The translations under genes and the position numbers were made by a program. DNA of 64,000 nt from Phocaeicola sp. (GTDB lineage: Bacteria; Bacteroidota; Bacteroidia; Bacteroidales; Bacteroidaceae), in contig JBOFFJ010000183.1 in NCBI GenBank assembly GCA_051648565.1, forward strand, positions 30,993 to 94,992, read 5' to 3'. The notes beneath the pieces were generated by a model. The model was given only the letters and a program-made list of their open reading frames with translations, was not told where the DNA came from and searched no databases. Each line of letters begins with the position of its first letter. The stretch's first letter is position 1. Positions 1 to 9,071 of this stretch are shown here, piece by piece.

Positions 1-2
1 CT

Positions 3-236
3 TTGGGGTGCACTTTTGATAAAACGCAGGTAGGTATGTTTCTCTGGGGGCGTATACCTGATAGCTACAGCGATGTAGAGCTGCTTACTGAAAGAGTGCT
101 GCACGAAGCAAGGGTCTTTATTACACCCGGTTTTATATTTGGGAGTAACGGAAATAGATACATACGTATTTCGCTCTGTGCGAAAGAGGAGAAACTGGCG
201 CAAGCTTGGATGCGAATCAAACAAGTAATAAAATAA
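3..236 (+). CDS. PLP-dependent aminotransferase class I/II, C-terminal part (truncated by window start)
   Basis: C-terminal motif VFITPGFIFGSNGNRYIRISLC typical of class I/II aminotransferases; directly upstream of the DAHP synthase/CM and tyrA genes, as in the Bacteroides aromatic operon. Confidence 0.85.
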   Translation: MGCTFDKTQVGMFLWGRIPDSYSDVELLTERVLHEARVFITPGFIFGSNGNRYIRISLCAKEEKLAQAWMRIKQVIK

Positions 237-257
237 ACATTTAAAATAGAAGTAGAG

Positions 258-1328
258 ATGGGATTAGTAATAGAACCGATTCAATTGGCGGGTGTAGAGC
301 AGAAGCGCCCCGTAATTATAGCAGGCCCTTGTAGCGCCGAAACCGAAGAACAAGTAATGGAGTCGGCTAGACAGCTGGTACAGAGGGGGGTTAAAATCTT
401 CCGAGCAGGTATCTGGAAGCCTCGTACGAAACCTGGAGGTTTTGAAGGGGTTGGAGTCGAAGGGTTAGCTTGGCTGAAGCGTGTAAAACAAGAAACAGGC
501 ATGCTGGTATCGACTGAAGTAGCTACTGCACAACATGTGTACGAATGTTTGAAAGCGGGTATTGATTTGCTTTGGATTGGGGCACGTACTACGGCCAATC
601 CTTTTGCAGTGCAAGAGATAGCCGATGCATTGAAGGGAGTGGATATTCCTGTTTTGATTAAAAATCCGGTAAATCCTGATTTGGAACTTTGGATTGGTGC
701 ATTTGAGCGATTGAACAATGCAGGTATTAAGCAATTAGGGGCTATCCACCGTGGTTTCTCTTCGTACGATAAGAAATTGTACCGCAACCTTCCTCAATGG
801 CATATTCCGATAGAGTTACATCGTCGTCTTCCTAACTTGCCCATCTTTTGTGATCCGAGCCACATTGGTGGTCGTCGCGAATTGATTGCCCCTTTGTGCC
901 AACAAGCCATGGATTTGGGCTTTGATGGGTTAATTGTGGAGAGTCATTGCCATCCTGATAAGGCTTGGAGTGATGCGTCACAACAAGTTACTCCTGATGT
1001 GTTAAGTTACATCTTAAATCTATTGGTTATTCGTGATCAAGCGCAAACAACGGAGAGTTTGGCCGAGCTTCGCAACCAAATTGATGAGTGCGACAATGAT
1101 TTAATTGAGCTGCTTTCTAAGCGGATGCGTATTTGTCGCGAAATTGGTACCTTCAAGCGTGAGAAGGGAATGACTGTTTTGCAAACAGGTCGTTACAATG
1201 AGATACTTGATAAACGGGGTGCACAAGGTGCTCTTTGCGGAATGGATGCCGAATTTATTAAGCATGTATTCGAGGCTATTCACGAAGAGAGTGTTCGCCA
1301 ACAAATCGAAATTATCAATAAACAATAA
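258..1328 (+). CDS. Bifunctional DAHP synthase (type I-beta) / chorismate mutase
   Basis: IAGPCSAE, WKPRT, IGART, HRG, DPSH, GLIVESH motifs; C-terminal AroQ-type CM domain (LAELRNQIDECDNDLIELLSKRM). Confidence 0.93.
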   Translation: MGLVIEPIQLAGVEQKRPVIIAGPCSAETEEQVMESARQLVQRGVKIFRAGIWKPRTKPGGFEGVGVEGLAWLKRVKQETGMLVSTEVATAQHVYECLKAGIDLLWIGARTTANPFAVQEIADALKGVDIPVLIKNPVNPDLELWIGAFERLNNAGIKQLGAIHRGFSSYDKKLYRNLPQWHIPIELHRRLPNLPIFCDPSHIGGRRELIAPLCQQAMDLGFDGLIVESHCHPDKAWSDASQQVTPDVLSYILNLLVIRDQAQTTESLAELRNQIDECDNDLIELLSKRMRICREIGTFKREKGMTVLQTGRYNEILDKRGAQGALCGMDAEFIKHVFEAIHEESVRQQIEIINKQ

Positions 1329-1407
1329 CTTCAAACGAGTGGTTAAAAGGAATTATTCCTAACTTCCTTTAATCACTAAAAAAATATTCAACAAATATAA
1401 CCCTTGT

Positions 1408-2181
1408 ATGAGAATTCTAATCTTGGGAGCCGGTAAAATGGGCTCCTTCTTTACCGATGTATTAAGTTTTCAGCACGAAACAGCTGTTTTCGATGTAGAC
1501 CCCAAACGCCTTCGTTTTGTTTACAACACCTATCGATACACCACATTGGAGGAGATTGAGGCTTTCCGTCCCGAATTGGTAATCAATGCAGCAACGGTTA
1601 AATATACGCTTGATGCTTTTCGTCAAGTATTGCCTGCACTTCCTGCCGATTGCATCTTGAGCGATATTGCTTCGGTTAAAACAGGGTTGCAGGAGTTTTA
1701 TGAGCATAGTGGTTTCCGCTATGTATCTACTCACCCTATGTTTGGTCCTACTTTTGCCAATTTAGATAAATTAAGCAGTGAGAATGCCATCATTATTCGT
1801 GAAGGCGATCACTTGGGAAAAATATTTTTCAAGGATCTCTACCAAGGGTTAGGACTCAATATTTTTGAGTATACGTTTGATGGACACGATGAGACCGTGG
1901 CTTATTCACTTTCTATTCCGTTTGTGTCGACCTTTGTCTTTGCGGCCGTAATGAAGCACCAAGAGGCACCAGGTACTACTTTTAAACGCCACATGGGTAT
2001 AGCCAAAGGGGTGTTGAATGAAGATGATTACCTGTTGCAAGAGATACTTTTTAATCCGCGTACACCTCAACAGGTGGAGGGAATTCGTACCGAATTGAAC
2101 GAGTTACTCGAGATTATCAACAAGAAAGATTCGGAAGGGATGCGTGCCTATCTTAGCAAGATTCGCTCAAAGATTGGTTAA
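1408..2181 (+). CDS. tyrA: Prephenate dehydrogenase
   Basis: N-terminal Rossmann GAGKMG, DIASVK and HPMFGP motifs; operon context. Confidence 0.92.
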   Translation: MRILILGAGKMGSFFTDVLSFQHETAVFDVDPKRLRFVYNTYRYTTLEEIEAFRPELVINAATVKYTLDAFRQVLPALPADCILSDIASVKTGLQEFYEHSGFRYVSTHPMFGPTFANLDKLSSENAIIIREGDHLGKIFFKDLYQGLGLNIFEYTFDGHDETVAYSLSIPFVSTFVFAAVMKHQEAPGTTFKRHMGIAKGVLNEDDYLLQEILFNPRTPQQVEGIRTELNELLEIINKKDSEGMRAYLSKIRSKIG

Positions 2182-2221
2182 GTAGCTCTACTTGCTCTTC
2201 TTTATTTTAGATTTATAGAGG

Positions 2222-2267
2222 AAGAGGGTGTGTCAATAGCTAGAATAGGGCTTTGACATACCCTCTT
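2222..2267. terminator. Bidirectional terminator / REP-like hairpin between convergent tyrA and hydG
   Basis: AAGAGGGTGTGTCAA-N16-TTGACATACCCTCTT followed by TTG. Confidence 0.7.
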
Positions 2268-2312
2268 TTGTTGGTTTGTATTTGGTCTATGCTGAAGATG
2301 ATAAACAGCCTA

Positions 2313-3734
2313 TTAGAATCGGAAGTCGCGTTCTCCCTTTTCTAACATTTGCAAGTAGTGCAACGCCCGCTCTCGGCTTTGTAAGCGGGGGATGGAGCGT
2401 GTTGCCTCTTCAATGTGCCGAAGTCCTTTTTTGCGTGTTTGGGCCGAAGCATAATCCAGCAGATACTCTTTCAGGGTAACCAGTGCATTGGGCAGGCAGC
2501 AGTTAGCTATTTGTCCGCTCTTTACGAGCGACATGAAGCGATCGCCCGTGCGTCCTTCGCGGTAGCAAGCGGTGCAGAAACTGGGGATATGCCCCAAGTC
2601 GAGTAACCAGTTTACAATTTCATCTAAGGTACGGGTGTCACTAATATCGAATTGCTCTGACTCATCGGTATTGGGTTTTTTACCTTCGCTGTATCCACCT
2701 ACACTGGTACGAGAGCCTCCACTAAGTTGTGATATCCCTAGATTGAGTAGCTTGGCACGGGTTGATTCTGATTCGCGGGTAGAGATAATCATCCCTGTAT
2801 AGGGGACGGTAATACGTAGTATGGCCACTATTTTTTGAAAAACTTCGTCCGAAATAGCGTTGGTAAACTGATCGGTTGCTACATCGCTACCCGGGCAGAT
2901 GCGTGGTACACTCAAGGTGTGTGGTCCTACACCAAAGTGTGCCTCTAAGTGTTCGGCATGCATCAACAATCCTACGAAATCGTACTTGTAGGTGTTGAGC
3001 CCAAAAAGTACCCCTAATCCCACATCATCTATGCCTGCTTGCATGGCGCGATCCATTGCTTCGGTGTGGTAGGCATAGTTGCTTTTGGGCCCTGTAGGGT
3101 GTAGTTTTTCGTAGGTTTCTTGGTGGTAGGTTTCTTGAAAGAGAAGATAGGTGCCAATGCCGGCCTCTTTTAGTTTGCGGTAGTTCTCTACCGAAGTGGC
3201 CGCTATGTTGACATTGACCCGGCGAATGGCTCCATTTTTGTGCTGAATGCTATAAATAGTCTTTATCGACTCAAGAATGTATTCAATGGGGTTGTGGCGC
3301 GGATCTTCGCCTGCTTCGAGTGCTAGCCGCTTGTGTCCCATATCTTGCAGTGCCATTACCTCTTGCTTAATCTCCTCTTGTGTTAGTTTACGACGGGGAA
3401 TGGTCTTATTCTTTGCATGATAGGGGCAATATAGGCAGCCATTGATACAGTAGTTGGAGAGGTAGAGCGGAGCAAACATTACAATGCGGTTGCCATAAAA
3501 GCGTTGCTTTATTTGGTTGGCCAATTGAAACATCTGCTCTACTAAATCGGGTTCTTCGCAGGCTAGTAGCACAGCTGCTTCGCGGTGTGATAATCCCTTA
3601 CAAGCGGCCGCTTTTTGAAGCAACTCGGTTACTAATGTACGATTGTTTTGGTGGTTATGGGCGTAGGCTAACGTCTCTTCTATCTCGGAGTGGTTAATAA
3701 ACTCCGAAGCCTTTGTTGATGCTGGTTGATACAT
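2313..3734 (-). CDS. hydG: [FeFe]-hydrogenase H-cluster radical SAM maturase HydG
   Basis: FAPLYLSNYCINGCLYC radical SAM motif, C-terminal FCTACYR...CCLPN auxiliary-cluster motif, ends GERDFRF. Confidence 0.95.
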   Translation of the reverse strand: MYQPASTKASEFINHSEIEETLAYAHNHQNNRTLVTELLQKAAACKGLSHREAAVLLACEEPDLVEQMFQLANQIKQRFYGNRIVMFAPLYLSNYCINGCLYCPYHAKNKTIPRRKLTQEEIKQEVMALQDMGHKRLALEAGEDPRHNPIEYILESIKTIYSIQHKNGAIRRVNVNIAATSVENYRKLKEAGIGTYLLFQETYHQETYEKLHPTGPKSNYAYHTEAMDRAMQAGIDDVGLGVLFGLNTYKYDFVGLLMHAEHLEAHFGVGPHTLSVPRICPGSDVATDQFTNAISDEVFQKIVAILRITVPYTGMIISTRESESTRAKLLNLGISQLSGGSRTSVGGYSEGKKPNTDESEQFDISDTRTLDEIVNWLLDLGHIPSFCTACYREGRTGDRFMSLVKSGQIANCCLPNALVTLKEYLLDYASAQTRKKGLRHIEEATRSIPRLQSRERALHYLQMLEKGERDFRF

Positions 3735-3849
3735 AATTTATCTATTCTATGGCAATCAATAACCTTAATCTATTTATTTTTTAGGTGGCAGGAGGTGTAA
3801 CTCCATCCATAACCTGACTCTCTTTAACTGGAGTAGAGAGCGGGTCATT

Positions 3850-4887
3850 TTACCTTACACTAAAATCTCCTCGTTCCGAAGAGGGACTATACCCTATAGC
3901 AGCCAATTGTTGTGTTAATCGCTTTACTCCTTCGGCTGCTTCGGCCCCAAAGGAGGCTTTGTTGTCGTACAGTGCATATTTATTACGCTGTTCGGCAGGC
4001 GATAGATTGGGCATCACTACATTGGCTCCTGCTAGAATGCCTCGTTCCCTACCATCGGGGGCAAGTGTGGCTAAGGCAGTGGTAGCTGGAATTAAAGCAT
4101 GTGGGTGCATTAATCGAAAGAGGGAGATGAGCTTCAGGGTAAGGGGTATACTACCAGCTGGTTTTTGCTTGAAAGGGGTGGCATGGTGGGGCACAAAGGG
4201 ACCGATACCAATCATTTGCGGGGCAAACGATTGAATAAAGAGCAAATCCTCTACTAGGTGCTCTAGGCTTTGCCCAGGTGTACCTACCATGATGCCTGTA
4301 CCTGTTTGGAAACCAATCTCTTTGAGGGTGTGTAGGCACTCCAACCGATAGGCAAGTGACATCTCTTGGGGGTGCAGTTGGCTGTAGTGGGCAGAGTTGT
4401 GCGTTTCGTGCCGTAACAGGTAGCGGTTGGCTCCTGCATGGTAAAATTGTTGGTAGGCCTCTTTGCTACGTTCGCCCAATGAGAGGGTGATGGCACAGTC
4501 GGGAAACTGACTCCGGATAGCTGCCACAGTTTGGGTTATCCAACGGTCGGTCATGGTTTGATCTTCGCCTCCTTGCAGTACAAAGGTGCGGAACCCCAGC
4601 TCGTAACCCGTTTGGCAACAGCGCAAAATGGTTTGTTGTGATAGTCGATAGCGGGGAACGGTGGCATTACTTTTCCGAATGCCGCAGTAGTAGCAATCGT
4701 TGCTGCAGTAATTACCTACCTCGATGAGTCCGCGTAGGTAGATTTGATGCCCAAAGTGCTGTAGAGTTACTTGCTGTGCCAATTGTTGTAGGTAGGAGAG
4801 TACTTCGGCTTCTTCGCATGCCAAAAGTGCCTGATACTCTTCGGCAAGCAATTGCTGCTCGGTATGCAACTTATCAATAAGTTGCAT
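3850..4887 (-). CDS. hydE: [FeFe]-hydrogenase H-cluster radical SAM maturase HydE
   Basis: RGLIEVGNYCSNDCYYC, LQGGED, RYLLRHET, GANVVMPN motifs; start placed at MQLIDKL (4887) because the track's longer ORF overlaps hydA. Confidence 0.93.
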   Translation of the reverse strand: MQLIDKLHTEQQLLAEEYQALLACEEAEVLSYLQQLAQQVTLQHFGHQIYLRGLIEVGNYCSNDCYYCGIRKSNATVPRYRLSQQTILRCCQTGYELGFRTFVLQGGEDQTMTDRWITQTVAAIRSQFPDCAITLSLGERSKEAYQQFYHAGANRYLLRHETHNSAHYSQLHPQEMSLAYRLECLHTLKEIGFQTGTGIMVGTPGQSLEHLVEDLLFIQSFAPQMIGIGPFVPHHATPFKQKPAGSIPLTLKLISLFRLMHPHALIPATTALATLAPDGRERGILAGANVVMPNLSPAEQRNKYALYDNKASFGAEAAEGVKRLTQQLAAIGYSPSSERGDFSVR

Positions 4888-4894
4888 ACCGAGC
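4857..4894. repeat. Perfect inverted repeat (18-bp arms, 2-nt spacer) spanning the hydE start codon
   Basis: GCTCGGTATGCAACTTAT-CA-ATAAGTTGCATACCGAGC read directly. Confidence 0.9.
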
Positions 4895-4906
4895 GTAATT
4901 GTTATG

Positions 4907-6385
4907 TTATTCAGACTGGCTGTTCTCATAGGTAAGTGGCTGTTTATTCAGCGCTTGTGTGAGTTGACGTTTACCCGACGAAATATCGTTGTGTGTACAA
5001 GGGCCGGTAATACATCCTCCCTCACACGCCATCACTTCAATGAAGGATGCTGGTGATTTTCCCGACTTGGCATAAGCACGTAACAAGGCAATGTTCTTTT
5101 TGTTCAAGTCGGCTACCTGAATGCCTTGAACCTCTTTGTTGTCGAGTTTTAAAAAGGCCTTTACAGCACCCATCACACCACCTGCTTGTGCAAAAGCGTG
5201 TGCTTCGCGTACCGACGAGAAATTCATGTTGTAGGCGGCACTCTTCTCGAGTTCAATATCCATTCCATCTAGTAGTGAACCAACCTCTTCAAAGGTGAGA
5301 ACGTAATCGACTGCTTCGTCTCTCTTGGCCTCTTTTCGTTTAGCCAAGCAAGGGCCTACAAATACGATTTCGGCATCGGGATGTTTCTCTTTGGCTAGGC
5401 GAGCGGTGTAGTACATAGGCGATCCTGTAGTCGATACATAGGGTTTTAACTCCTTTACATGTTTCTCTACCAATTCAATGTAGGAGGGGCAGCAGGAGGT
5501 AGTCATAAAGGGTTGTCCCTCTTCTATCTTTTCAAGTAGTTCGTGTGCTTCGTTGCTTACCGTATCCATAGCACCCTGTGCCACTTCAATAACATCGGTA
5601 AAACCAATCTCTTTAAAAGCTCCATACACCTGTTCGATGGTGGTTTTAAACTGCCCCAAAATAGAGGGGGCTATAATGGCTACCATGGGTTTCCGGTCTC
5701 TGATTTTCTGCAATACGTCAAACACCTGTGAGATTTCGAAGATGGCTCCAAAAGGACAAGCGTTCAAGCACTTTCCACAATAGATGCATTTGCTTTCGTC
5801 AATGTGCTCAATGCCATATTTATCTTTGCTAATGGCCTTTACAGGGCACGCCTCTTCGCAAGGTACCGGTATGTAAACAATAGCGTGGTAGGGGCAACTG
5901 CGGTGGCAAATGCCACAACTTATACAGGTTTCGTGGTCAATGGTAGCTTGTCCTGTTTTCTTGATACGTACCGAATCTTTGGGGCAGTTTACCACACAAC
6001 TTCGGGCTATACAGCCACGACAGAGGTTGGATACTTCATAATTAATTTGCACACAAGCCGAGCAAGCCTCGTCTATCACACACATGATATTCTCCTTGGG
6101 TTTTCCCTCCTTAGCACGAGTCAAAGCCTGTTTTGCATAGCCCGAAAGGGGAGTCAATTCATCTTTCTCGTCATTCATATCAAGCCCTAGTAGGGGGAGG
6201 GACTTGTATTTCCAGATGGCGCGTTCTTTGTGGATGCAGCATCGACCCATGGTCTTTGCTTTTTTAGGAGTTAATTGAAGGGGCAGTCTATCTACATTTT
6301 CGACTAATTGGTGGTTCTTCCATAATCTCACAAGCTCTGCCATTAGCTTGTGACGGACAATCATAACATTATTTGTAAAAGCCAT
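4907..6385 (-). CDS. hydA: Monomeric [FeFe]-hydrogenase, probably group B, with ferredoxin-type 4Fe-4S domains
   Basis: H-cluster motifs TTSCCPSY, GPCLAKRKE, EVMACEGGCITGP; several CxxCxxCxxxCP motifs N-terminally; clustered with hydE/hydG. Confidence 0.92.
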   Translation of the reverse strand: MAFTNNVMIVRHKLMAELVRLWKNHQLVENVDRLPLQLTPKKAKTMGRCCIHKERAIWKYKSLPLLGLDMNDEKDELTPLSGYAKQALTRAKEGKPKENIMCVIDEACSACVQINYEVSNLCRGCIARSCVVNCPKDSVRIKKTGQATIDHETCISCGICHRSCPYHAIVYIPVPCEEACPVKAISKDKYGIEHIDESKCIYCGKCLNACPFGAIFEISQVFDVLQKIRDRKPMVAIIAPSILGQFKTTIEQVYGAFKEIGFTDVIEVAQGAMDTVSNEAHELLEKIEEGQPFMTTSCCPSYIELVEKHVKELKPYVSTTGSPMYYTARLAKEKHPDAEIVFVGPCLAKRKEAKRDEAVDYVLTFEEVGSLLDGMDIELEKSAAYNMNFSSVREAHAFAQAGGVMGAVKAFLKLDNKEVQGIQVADLNKKNIALLRAYAKSGKSPASFIEVMACEGGCITGPCTHNDISSGKRQLTQALNKQPLTYENSQSE

Positions 6386-6411
6386 ATAAACGGGGTTAGT
6401 TTTAGGGAGTG

Positions 6412-6419
6412 CAAAATTA
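6412..6419 (-). promoter_or_regulatory. Bacteroidetes sigma-70 -7 element of the hyd operon
   Basis: TAATTTTG on the - strand, 27 bp upstream of the hydA ATG. Confidence 0.6.
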
Positions 6420-6858
6420 ATTATTTATCGTTAAAGATATTCGGTCGTTTGATTTATTATTGGGGTCTATAACGAATTATATTACTCTACAGAATTTATC
6501 CAGCAGAGTGCAATTGTCCTCTTTACGATTAATTTTGAATAATTTTCATGCTAAGATACTCTTAAACCAGGTGAATATGGCAAGTAATGAGGTATAAAGA
6601 AAGGTTGTTGGTATTGAAATGTGAAGTGATAAAAGTTAACAAGATAGCTGTGTAGTAATGCTTTAAATGATGTGTGTTTTAACCCCTTTTTTATTATCTC
6701 TAAAAGGGCAGAAATGAGTCTTTATACTCTTCTGTTGAGTATGTAGTACATAGGGAGGAGCGTTAATTGTGAGTGCTTGTTCATTCATAATTAACACCCT
6801 CTCTTTTTATATCAACGTTTAATTTAGTCGAGATGACTTCCTAAATTCTTTTTACTAC

Positions 6859-8445
6859 TTACAATCCCTCATAAAAATTGATTCCATTCTCTTTCCAGAT
6901 TTCCTTTATCAGTGTTAGTCTATTCAGAAAAGCAGGATAATCTTTGTTGTCTTCTTGGCTCCATCCCACTTCAGCAAATGCTGCAATACGGGGGAATGTC
7001 TGATAATGCAGCTTTTCTACATTAGGAACCCACTCACGCCACATTTGGCATCCAGCTCCGAGTACATTTTTATGATATTCTTCCTCCAGGTTATCGGGTA
7101 TAGGATTAAAACTATACATTTTCTCTAACGAAATGCTTTTATAGCTATAATCTAGGTAGGTAAATGTGTCGTACGAATTTACGAACTGATATCCTTTACG
7201 GGCTGCTGCACTCATGTCTTTCACGTCGCCTTTCCAAAAATGAACCATCACGTTTTCAGCTATTTCCGTTTTGGGCTTTTCAAAACTGATCTCTCCCGGA
7301 TGCAGACTTTTGCCTAATATCTCATTCCAGCCCATCATGCGAGCGCCTTTGCTTTTGATATACTCAGACATCATATTGACAAATTCAATCTGAATATCCA
7401 TAAAAGAGCTATAATTCATTTTTTCTTTGTGAGCAACCATAGCTGCATCTTGCTCCCAATGGTCAAAGCGCACCTCATCTCCTCCGATATGGATGATGTC
7501 TGTATCAAATAAATCAATTACCTCAGCAACTACATCTTTTAAAAATGTTTGTACTTTCGGATCAATAACATTAAAAATAGCATAGTGTTTGCCGAACTTG
7601 ACAGGAACCTCTATCTCTTCTTTTTTGGTTCCCAACCAAGGATAAGAAGCAATGGCTGCACTTGCATGGCCGGGCATTTCAATCTCAGGAACCACTTTAA
7701 TGTGACGTTCTCGTGCATAGCGAAGAATCTCTTTTACCTCCTTCTGTGTATAAAAACCTTCATGTGGTTCTCCGGATGTTTTACCGCTTCCCCAAGTTCC
7801 TATCTCTGTGTCTTTTCGCTTAGAACCGATTTGTGTAAGTAGTGGGTATTTTTTAATCTCAATGCGCCAGCCTGCATCATCGGTCAGATGCCAGTGAAGA
7901 ATATTCAGTTTTAATTCAGCCAGCGCATCAATCATACGTTTAAGCTCTTCCACACCTAAGAAATAACGACTTTCATCAATCATGTAAGAGCGCCACGAGA
8001 ATCGGGGAGTATCTTCTATCTCCTGGCAAGACAAAGTTATGCCACTCTTATTCTTTCCCTCATTAATTAATTGAAGAAGTGACTGAACGCCATAAAAAAG
8101 GCCTTTATCGGTCGAGGCGTTAATTTCTATACCATCTTGAGAAATAAGGAGGGAGTAGGCTTCTTCTCCAACTCCTGAAGAGGGATCCAGATTAAGCAGA
8201 ATTGGAGTTCTGCCTTTTGTATGTTTCACTCCAAATCGGTTGGATAACTCGTTGATTAAATATTTCTCTACAGAGGATTTCCCTTTTGTCTTCACTTCAA
8301 TCTGATTATTCAGTTGAAGCGTTCCTTCCTCTATTTTTACTGAAGTCGGTACAGGAATAACTACATCTTTAGCACTCTTTGCATCAACTGATGCGAGACT
8401 TAATACAATAAACAAAAAAAGAGATAATGATTTTTTCATAAACAT
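6859..8445 (-). CDS. Secreted beta-N-acetylhexosaminidase, GH20
   Basis: Signal peptide; D.PRF.WR..M.D..R, HWHLTDD..WR.E, PEIEMPGH and catalytic HIGGDE motifs. Confidence 0.93.
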   Translation of the reverse strand: MFMKKSLSLFLFIVLSLASVDAKSAKDVVIPVPTSVKIEEGTLQLNNQIEVKTKGKSSVEKYLINELSNRFGVKHTKGRTPILLNLDPSSGVGEEAYSLLISQDGIEINASTDKGLFYGVQSLLQLINEGKNKSGITLSCQEIEDTPRFSWRSYMIDESRYFLGVEELKRMIDALAELKLNILHWHLTDDAGWRIEIKKYPLLTQIGSKRKDTEIGTWGSGKTSGEPHEGFYTQKEVKEILRYARERHIKVVPEIEMPGHASAAIASYPWLGTKKEEIEVPVKFGKHYAIFNVIDPKVQTFLKDVVAEVIDLFDTDIIHIGGDEVRFDHWEQDAAMVAHKEKMNYSSFMDIQIEFVNMMSEYIKSKGARMMGWNEILGKSLHPGEISFEKPKTEIAENVMVHFWKGDVKDMSAAARKGYQFVNSYDTFTYLDYSYKSISLEKMYSFNPIPDNLEEEYHKNVLGAGCQMWREWVPNVEKLHYQTFPRIAAFAEVGWSQEDNKDYPAFLNRLTLIKEIWKENGINFYEGL

Positions 8446-8730
8446 TCTAAATGTAATAAATTTAAGGTATAAACAGTTTTAAAAGCTATGTTGGACCTTC
8501 TACTGCTAATCGCATACGAATTTAAATATTTTTTTTTAATTATCAATGGATTTAGTATGCTTCTAAAGTTAGCTATAGTTAGGTTGTTTAGAGCAGAGTG
8601 TTTACTCATCTTGATTATACCAATATTCGATATATTCGAAAACCTCTAATTAGATTTGCTGAGCTGATATGAGTTTTTTACCTCTCCCCCCATACTATCT
8701 TTCTCAAACTCCCCCACAAAGTTAGTGTTG

Positions 8731-8812
8731 CACTCCAGTGAATCACTCGACTCACTCTAGTGAATCGCTCGACTCACCCGGGTGAATCGCTCGACTCACT
8801 CCAGTGAATCGA
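8731..8812. repeat. Tandem 22-bp repeat, ~3.7 copies, each with a CAC-N4-GTG core
   Basis: CACTCCAGTGAATCACTCGACT / CACTCTAGTGAATCGCTCGACT / CACCCGGGTGAATCGCTCGACT / CACTCCAGTGAATCGA; cores at 8731, 8753, 8775, 8797. Confidence 0.9.
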
Positions 8813-9010
8813 TAAAAAGGGGTGCTCCTTTGGGTAAGAATCTGCCGATAGTTGACTAAAAAGGTAGAGCTGTTACATTCAACAAATAGAGGTGTAATAG
8901 GCTTCTCTAGAGTGCGCTGTTTTTAAGAGGGGTTACTCTATCAAGGAGAGTAGCTCTACTTTGGCTGAGTAGCTATTGAGGTGGTATCTTTCTAGCTGGT
9001 GGCATAACGC

Positions 9011-9048
9011 AATAAAGGGGTCTACCCAGTTAGGTAGCCCCCTTTATT
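9011..9048 (-). terminator. Intrinsic terminator of the cmk-ispH-pfkA operon
   Basis: AATAAAGGGGTCTACC...GGTAGCCCCCTTTATT hairpin just beyond the pfkA stop. Confidence 0.7.
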
Positions 9049-9071
9049 CTATAACTAAAACCGTTCTTTGC

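Noticed and set aside
281-787. Long antisense ORFs in the track (e.g. 281-787, 3959-4234, 9352-9960, 12015-12503, 23649-24065, 54327-54824)
   Set aside because: Shadow frames opposite well-supported genes, with no recognisable motifs or start context
8731-8812. Possible mini-CRISPR array
   Set aside because: Units are contiguous 22-mers with near-identical linkers, so there are no unique spacers; no cas genes in the window
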